A stretch of 48,117 nucleotides of DNA, from the NCBI GenBank assembly GCA_003614675.1, contig ML002282.1, forward strand, positions 1 through 48,117, written 5' to 3'. Below are positions 40,224-48,117 of this stretch, piece by piece. Under the pieces are notes generated by a model. That model saw only the letters and a program-made list of their open reading frames with translations, was not told where the DNA came from and did no database searches. The position numbers were made by a program, and so were the translations under genes. The DNA comes from Dimargaris cristalligena (lineage: Eukaryota). The stretch's first letter is position 1; each line of letters begins with the position of its first letter.

Positions 40224-40744
40224 CCAGTAGTGGGCGGTAAGACCGATTGACAGGTTGAACCAATGGAAAGAGGGAGGAGGCCGCGCACCTTGAACAACCC
40301 AGTAGTGAGGGGGGGGCACAGCAAGTGATCACAGACTTCAGTAGCCCAATAATCCCAAGGGGTTTCTCACCTTCGACTTGTCCGTAGGTAAATTAGTGGT
40401 GGCCGTTTAACACCGCGGAGTTCAACGGACCAGTAGTGAGTGGCCACCCCAACTTATTTCCAGTTGGCAAGTCATACAGTGAATCTGCGATGGGCTACTG
40501 CCTAAATTTGCTAAGCCGCCGAGGGTGACGACAAAAAAGACGGAAGAAAAAAATAAATCTCAAGCCAATGAGCCGCCGGAAATACTGGGTAGCCATTATG
40601 GGCCACCACGACGACCTCTTGGGTGAGAGAGAGAAATAGTCCAAATAAAGCCCCCCGGTAGTGCGACCACAGTGTTGGCCCGAACCAAAGAGAAGAGGGC
40701 CTCCTCTCTCCTCTCTCATTATACCTTGCGCTGGACCAGTAGTG
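40224..40744 (+). promoter_or_regulatory. Cluster of repeated CCAGTAGTG motifs, putative enhancer upstream of the forkhead gene
   Basis: Exact CCAGTAGTG at 40224, 40299, 40430 and 40736; variant CCGGTAGTG at 40655; interspersed CCAAT boxes. Confidence 0.5.
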
Positions 40745-41104
40745 GTGTCCATCCCTCTTTTTTCTCACTTTTACACTGAAATGACCACCGCCATCGATCG
40801 AAGATGGGTGGGAATTGGGGAGGGAGGGACGGTTCATTAGCCCAGTATACAGTCCACGGGGAACGCCTATTGTTTCAGTTTTCCGCACTGCACGGGGGGA
40901 AACGTGGGGTGCGGGATGGATTTGGTTTGGGACCGCCAGGCCACGGGCTGCAGTCGGGTGTGTGCGCCAGCCCAGGCCCAACGAACTCCCAAGCAAAACC
41001 AGGCAGGTGGGGTCCTCGTCATCATCATCATCTTCTCGACGCCTATCCGTTCGTCGGAGTATCGATGAAGGTAGCGCGATGATTCCCGGGTTGCTGGCGT
41101 GTCC

Positions 41105-41128
41105 ATATATATATATATATATATATAT
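41105..41128. repeat. (AT)n microsatellite; similar tracts near 28952, 29331, 30750, 34957 and 42017, and (TTA)n near 35871
   Basis: Directly visible dinucleotide and trinucleotide runs. Confidence 0.9.
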
Positions 41129-41748
41129 AAGTGTGTATAATTCGGACCATTGTGATATACGGCCCACAATCTGGGGTGGGCTATAGGAAGTAGTGATCCT
41201 TTCGTCATCTGCCTCGTCCCATTGCTAAATTTCCCCTCCCTCTTTTCCCCTCCCCACCCTCGGTCGGGCCATTCCCCCATTTTGCCGTGACAATAGGCCA
41301 TTTCCGCACTGGGTGGTATGGCCTGGTGCGGCAGGTGTCCTTCCACTGGTCTTCGTGGACGATGTTCCTTTTTAGGAAACGGACCTTCAATTCCTGTTGG
41401 CTGGACCGTAGTAAAGCGGCGGACATGGGGCGAGAGAACGAGGGAGGAGGACCTTTCAGGCAGCTTGGCTCTTGGATCCACCACCAAGACGCCCTCTACC
41501 GTTGCAGCTGGCTGCTATTACTGCTGCTGCTATTGCCGCCGCCGCCATTCCTGCAGTGGGGGTTCAGTCCAGGTCAGGCTTACTGTTCTTAGGCTAGCCA
41601 ACCCCGCTTGGCCCTATTTCTCCTGCTCTTCCGTCTTCCGACCAGCTTCCCTGTCCATAGAGTCGCGCAGTGAGCACCTCTCCCTCCCTCTTTCTCTTTC
41701 AACCCCCCCCTTGTCATATCGAATCTCTCTCTTTATAATCCCCAGCAG

Positions 41749-41781
41749 CCAATCCTCCCACCCACCTGGGCCTATATAAAA
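41749..41781 (+). promoter_or_regulatory. CCAAT box and TATA box, probable core promoter of the forkhead gene
   Basis: CCAAT at 41749-41753; TATATAAAA at 41773-41781, followed by CT-rich sequence. Confidence 0.5.
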
Positions 41782-42927
41782 GCCAAGGGCCCTGCCATCC
41801 TCCCCAACGGCATCCCTCCTTTCTTACCACCAACATCTTCAACCCTCCCCGTCATTGTGTCTTTTGCCTTATTCCCTTAACTTGTCACAACAACCATCGC
41901 CTCCCACCCGCACCGATTTTCTTCCCGTTTCTTCCATTCGAACTCCCCTCACCACAGTGCGTCACATCGCATCCATCGCCACCTTTTCTTTTGTTCATAC
42001 TCAACAGTTCTTTCCGTATATATATATATATATATTATATTACATATATTTATATATACCTAGATTGATTTAAGCCCTCCCTCCCTCCGTGTACCCGCAA
42101 GCCCCGTTTATCCCATCTTCGTTTTTAAGTGGTCTTGTACCATTCCTTGGTGGCTTGTTGATTCCCGTGGAATTTATTCTAAATCCCCCCCGGGCCCTAT
42201 ATTAATCGGCAGTTCTCTCGGTTTTCCTGGGAGAAAGAAAAAATAACATGCACATTCATCCCTAGACTGTTCCACCGTGTTGTGTGTCACTGTCCAAAAA
42301 TCTCTGCATGCCCGTATTCTTACCTATATTAGAAAAGACTTACACCTCTTTCCTTTCGCTTTCTCCTACTATACACTACAGTATCTCCTATTGTTTTCAA
42401 CCTTCATTTATTACCCCTCCCCCGTGTACACCACTGCGACTGAACCCTCCGTTTTCGGCGTTGTGCAACCCCTTACCCCGCCCACTGTCCACAGTATCCC
42501 GCAGTTTGTAAATTGACGTGTCCCAGCTACTATTCCCTGTGGCGTTTCGGTGTATCCTGTCTCCCAAATACCCGGGTTGCCGTTCCCTGTTTCATTATTA
42601 CCTCGGTTTGCTTCTCGACCTCTCCGTTGGCGTTGGGTTATTTCGACCCCGATAGAATCCCTATACTAAACACCCAGCCACGCACACATACACCTACACA
42701 CGCACACCCACCGCCCTTCCCGGTTCCCACTCTTTATTACACCGCGGTGATTATATAGTCAGCCATCTGAACCCTCACGCCATATACCATCCGTGCAGTT
42801 TTACCGCCCGGGCCGTTTCTTTTTCTCTCTCTCTTTCTCCCCTTCACTTCCCTCCCCCCAATCTTCGGCTTTCCCGCTCATACCAACGGGTCTGAGTTAC
42901 CTGGTTGCCACACGCCCAATTTGCCGG

Positions 42928-44248
42928 ATGGCTGCATTCTCCCCCATCCATACGTTTGCCTCGAATACCGATTCGTCTCTTTCTTCGTACTACCCCGGCT
43001 TCGTATCTGCGCCTACCGACCTGGTTGCTAAACCGTCCACGATATCATATTTGTCACCCGGTTTCATTCCCATGAACCCGCCGACCCCCTCCACAAGCTA
43101 CGACCGCCCGCAACAACATCATCAGCAGCAACCCCTGCTGTCGAGCCCGGCAAGCACTCCCCTCCCCACCGTCCACCCCCATTTCGTCCTCCGCCGCTAG
43201 TCCACACGGGCCATCGCCCGTGCCGGATCAAGACGGCGGCAGTGGCACGCCGTCGGCCACTGGCGCTTCATCGACCAACCCAGCTGAGGCCGAAGCTCCC
43301 AACCCGAACGCCAAGCCCACGCTATCGTACGCCAGTCTTATTATGAAGGCCATCTTCAGCAGCCCGGCCCGGAAACTGACCCTCAACTCCATTTACCTAT
43401 GGGTGCAGGACAGTTATCCTTACTTTAAAACGGCGCCCAGTGGTTGGAAAAACTCCATCCGCCACAACCTTTCCCTGAACAAGGCCTTCCACCGGGTACC
43501 CCGCGATATCAACGAGCCGGGTAAGGGCGCTTACTGGACTATTGATATGAATTACGTCGATGAGTCGATGCGGCCCAAGAGCCGGTTCGGCCGGTCCACG
43601 AGCGATCCGCATCCCTATTTTGGCATGCCCTACCGGAATCCCATGAATGACTACATGCGTGGTACCGCTGCCCCCCACTACGTGACCCACCACCCCCACC
43701 ATAGTCCCCATCATCACGGTCACCCGCATGCGGCCCATCCGGGTTTCGCGACCGCCGCCGGAGTGGTGACCGCCAACAATCCCGCGATGGACATGTCGAA
43801 TATGTACTCCCCGTACATGCGGATCAACTCGGCGAATACCTCCCCGACGTACGGAGCCAACATGATGATAGCCTCGGCCACGGCCGCCGCCGCTGCTGCT
43901 AGTCCGCATGTGGCGTCACCCATTTCACATACCCACTCCCACTGGGCCGTCCAGAACCGGGCGACCATGGGATCGTTCCACCATTCCATGGTGAGCCCCT
44001 ACAGCAGTCCCAGTTTCCCCAGCTCCACCCAACATTATCTCCAAAATCCCACCATGAGTCCGCCCACCACCCACTCGGCCGCGGTGGCCGCGGCTTCATC
44101 CATAGCGGCTGTCTCGGCCGCCTCCATGGGCCACCACGACCCCATGTCCGATCCCCAGGTTCACCACTATGACCAGGGGCACACTCACAATCCCCATCAC
44201 CCGTTTTCATCCAACATGATGCCCAAAAATGACTACTCGGAGCAATAG
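42928..44248 (+). CDS. Forkhead (winged-helix) transcription factor without FHA domain; N-terminal part lies in a different frame (+1 break near 43140-43200)
   Basis: [65 protein letters not shown] followed by a His/Ala/Ser-rich tail. The FH frame has no ATG upstream of the domain (TGA at 43073). ATG 42928 opens a Ser/Pro/Gln-rich frame that ends at TAG 43198-43200. Confidence 0.9.
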
Positions 44249-47114
44249 AGGGATGGCTCAATCCGACTAGGGTCAAAAGGGGGTTAGTTCCATCCGGTTT
44301 AGCCTACCCGCCACATGGACGATGGGAGTGACCTGTTCGAACTATCGAACCCCACCCCTCCCCCACTTCCTTAAAATAAAAACCTTTGACTGTAGATTTT
44401 TTTTCTATTATTTTATTACTATTATTATTCTATAACTTACAAGGTATTCTCTACATCCCGATTAGCTCTCGACTCGATGCCTTCTGTCCGCCGCACTACA
44501 CCTATTGATATATATACATTACTCTCCCTATTGTTCGCCGTTTATATCCCCCCTTCTCCCATTCTCGCCCATTATCCCGCTTTTTCGTACTTATATTGAT
44601 TATATTACCCCTCCGGAGCTTGAAAAAAAATCTGGTCCCCTGTATCCTAATGTACGCATCCTTATGGAGTGCTTATTGGCCTTGTTAGGTGAGATCCCAT
44701 CCCCACCCCCCTCAATCATCACCTCTTCACCTACGTTTAGTGTTTCGCTATCCCTCCACCATGTCTGCTTTCAGGGTTTTAAAATTGCATTCGGAACCCT
44801 AAAGTTATGTCGACACTTATTCGTGCTTTCCCTGTGTTTTTGTGCGTCCTGATTCATTTGAAATGACCCATTACATTCCATCATTGGCATATCCCCTCTC
44901 CCCCCCATCCATTCATGACAAGGCGAGGGAACCGGCGAACTGTTCTATGCTTGGCCGCTGTCCCCCCAGCCCTGTTCCATATACATACATTATACCGACC
45001 ACTGTTGTATAATAAAATAACCATTTATCCATAGTCTTCAAAAGGATAGCCGTTGTCAGGGACCCCGGTTTGATTACCAGTAACAGGGAGGGTACTCGTG
45101 GTTTGTATTGTGGTGGTGGGCCTACTAACATTACATCACGGTTATTTACAGTTTTGTTGAAACTATCTATTATAGTTATATACCGCACAGTCAACTAAAC
45201 GTCCCCCCCCCCCATTACCCTGGCACAATGAAGCTTCGGCAATACTACTGCGCAGTAGCAGGCGTAATCGTCAAGGCGTATATAACCGGCAGCGAGGGGG
45301 AGAGACAATCACTCGACTGAAGGGCCTGATCGGTTGGCTGACCACAGCCTAAAAATAGATGACTGAACGTTTTCACCCACTCCTCTACCTGGCCTCATTG
45401 TACAGCAGCCTGGTTCACGTTGGTGTAACCCAACCCGAAACGGCAGGACACTGGTGCGAACCATACCATTAGTTCAAATAGGCGGATACACCGTAGCCTA
45501 GAGTAACCCAATTCCCCATCACCACTACTTTCCCCGCACTAATCTACACCGCAGCGAATGATAGCGAAGTGTGTGGTGATAAATTAACTGGGGGTAAGCT
45601 GGGAAATTCGTTGTCTATTCATGATGCATGGAATTTCATCCTGGAAGAGTATGGTGGCAGTAAAATCCGGTATGCTGCGTCACTGACCCCACGGTGATCA
45701 AAGAAACTCTCTCCCTGGCATGACGTTTTAGAAAGAAGGGGCGAATTGCCACTTTAATTATATGAGAAGACGGCGGAAATGAAGATTGGCCTTCTTGAAC
45801 ACGTCAGTGGTGATTGTTTTCTGTTCAAGATTGTTCAATAATAAAATAGGGATATATCCAATATGCCCCATAAAACGGTCTAGTCTTTGCTCTTTAATAT
45901 TTGACACTTTATGGAACCAGGTTATTTATATTGGGCACATAGTAGAATAACGAAATGGTTGAAACCAAAGCGACTGGTTACTTAGTTTAGCCTGTAGTCC
46001 TAATTTATCGGTGGATTGAGGGCACCTATCGGCTTGGTGAGATTAGTCACTGAGACTCAGTAGCTGTGAGGCGCTCTTGTCTAGTAAAACTATCCATAAT
46101 AAGGGACAATGTTGTAGACTAATGTTGTGCCAGCTGGTGCAGTTGGAATTACTTTGCTTAGAAAGTGGGTATATGAAGGAAGGTAGTTGATATCAGGCTC
46201 GTTATCTCAAAAATAATGTACTATCACATTGCTAGTGGGTGCAATAACCATGTGGCGATAATAATTAGCCTGTTGGTATTGGGGATTAAACGAATACTGA
46301 AGCCAGGTTGTTCAGCATAAATGGGGAACCTCGGCGATTGCTGTATTAATAAACCCACTTGCCCACCTAATATGACTCACGCCGTGCTTGGCTTTCTATC
46401 GGTGGGTGGCTACGATACTAACTAACCTGTTGAGTGTCTACGTGTATATAATGACGTTATCGATACCTTTGGATTTAAAGTATATATGGTGGTCGGTATA
46501 CTACACCATTTGTAATAAATGTAAACTAAACAAATGGCTGGCACATTTCAGCTACTTTCCTGGAAGAAAAGAGTCAACATTTAAAGTGCGTTCAACTTAG
46601 TGCCTATACATATCTCAGGATATCCCTTTTTAAAAGCTGGTTAACAATATATCGAGGTCACAAGGCAAAGCTTTCAGGGTGATGGTTGGCAAAACTCGAC
46701 TAATATTGTTTTCCCTCCTACGCTTACTTCGTTTCAATGTCGACCACTCGTAAAACATTTCAGCTAATTATGTGAAGTCAACGTAGAATATTATATAGGG
46801 GATAGATGAGATGGCATAAATTTTTTGAAAAAAAAAAAAAAAAACTAGATACCAGGAGCATCCGAATAAGATCACTTCAATTGAAGTATGGTAAACCGAG
46901 TGTACTTGGTGAAATGTGTACTGGTGCTTTGGTCTTACCCAAGTAAAATTGACATTATCAAAATAGCCCAGATATGGTAGTACAGACGCGTACGCGATTG
47001 CTTCTAATTGGTAAATGAATAGATAACCATCGGAATCACCACTATAATACTAACTTTAAATGTTATCTTTATCTAATACCCTTTACATGCCGCCGAGAAA
47101 AGTAGACGTCAGTA

Positions 47115-47654
47115 CTATTCAAGTGAAACATTTGGCGCCATATCCCTTCCCTCAAGATTTGATATCCCGAGATTCATAGCGTGCTCCTGCTTGGCCCATT
47201 CTATTGGTAAAAGGGACAAGGCCCATATTGCCCAAAATCGTTTAGGCTTCAATGGCGCCTGCCTATGGTATGGGTAGGGTGGTTTTAGATCCAATCTGTA
47301 AAATGTAAAAATATATTTATCGTAAATCACCAAAAATCTTGCAACTTCCATTCGACCGCCTCATTTCAGGATACCTACTCGATCAGTAGTATTATCGGAA
47401 TTCGCTATCATTTGCAGTGCTCGATCTAAAAATACTATTTCAACTAGATATATCTGTTCGATCCATATAAGTTCCATATAGATGTACCACTTCGTAGTCT
47501 TCTGATCACTTTTCAATGTAAACAGTGTAAATAAACAAAGGGGCCAACATCCCGAGAAAACTCTGAGTCCAGGTAATATGACATCAATAACACGTTTTAG
47601 GGGCAAAAACAAACTGTTGTGATATAGCCAAACAGCTATAGTAGTATTTACCAT
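47115..47654 (-). pseudogene. Possible decayed ORF (~180 codons, one internal stop), origin unknown
   Basis: ORFs 47361..47654 and 47115..47351 are in the same frame, separated by TGA plus three codons, inside AT-rich sequence. No convincing family motif. Confidence 0.25.
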
Positions 47655-47898
47655 TGTCTTATTTATTTTTCATCTTTTATTGAAACCACTATCCATATTT
47701 AGGTGATTAGTCAAGGAATTGGCACTGCTAGCCTAAGTTTTCCCTTTTTATAAGTTATTATTGTTATACAATGATTATATATTTCTTTTTGATTGGTTTA
47801 TTTTTTTGAGTATCACATTTATACCCTTGCTGTACTCTATTAACGAGTATCAGCCATTCCTTTAACCTATTATAAGTTCGTTTATACCTTTTATTCTT

Positions 47899-48062
47899 TT
47901 GTTTTTGTTATACCAATGTGTATTTTAGCCTTAACTAATTATTAGTACAAGTACCTTTTTAAATGCTGTTGTTTTTGTTATACCAATGGGTATAATCATT
48001 TTACTTATCCAATTATTATTTCGAAGTTTCCTTTCTTTACTATTGTTTTGGTAATACTAATG
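47899..48062. repeat. Degenerate AT-rich ~70-bp tandem repeat
   Basis: TTGTTTTTGTTATACCAATG exact at 47899 and 47969; 3-mismatch copy at 48043. Confidence 0.6.
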
Positions 48063-48117
48063 AATGGTTTACCATTTAAAAACCAATGATACAATTTGAA
48101 GACCCTTGTCTTTACTT

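Noticed and set aside
45598-45960. CTGGGAAATTCG resembling RNase P RNA conserved region I
   Set aside because: No correctly pairing P4 partner found downstream.
1-48117. CRISPR arrays, rRNA genes, intact transposons or prokaryotic operons
   Set aside because: None seen; gene structure is eukaryotic throughout.

Overview
Eukaryotic (fungal) genomic DNA with GT-AG introns. The intronless E-domain NRPS plus this housekeeping gene set suggest an early-diverging fungus, possibly Dimargaris/Zoopagomycota (inference only). From left to right: a broken NRPS (C-fragment-A-T-E-C-degenerate A-T-truncated C) with two in-frame stops and a frameshift; an unresolved relic zone; a housekeeping cluster (MTR10/transportin-SR, RPS16, ASH2, ELC1, NDK); an unusual small heat-shock-domain gene whose spliced first exon adds a membrane anchor; a three-exon POP8/RPP14-type RNase P/MRP subunit gene absent from the ORF track; ~12 kb with no recognisable gene, containing a repeated-motif cluster; a forkhead transcription factor with a +1 frame discontinuity; and an AT-rich degenerate right end. 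Best leads: an NDK with an in-frame signal-anchor extension, the TM/P450-like-leader alpha-crystallin protein ending in CC, a structured RPS16 5'UTR intron, and the forkhead locus (frame break, upstream CCAGTAGTG cluster). All calls come from reading the sequence by hand; no database search or folding was run.
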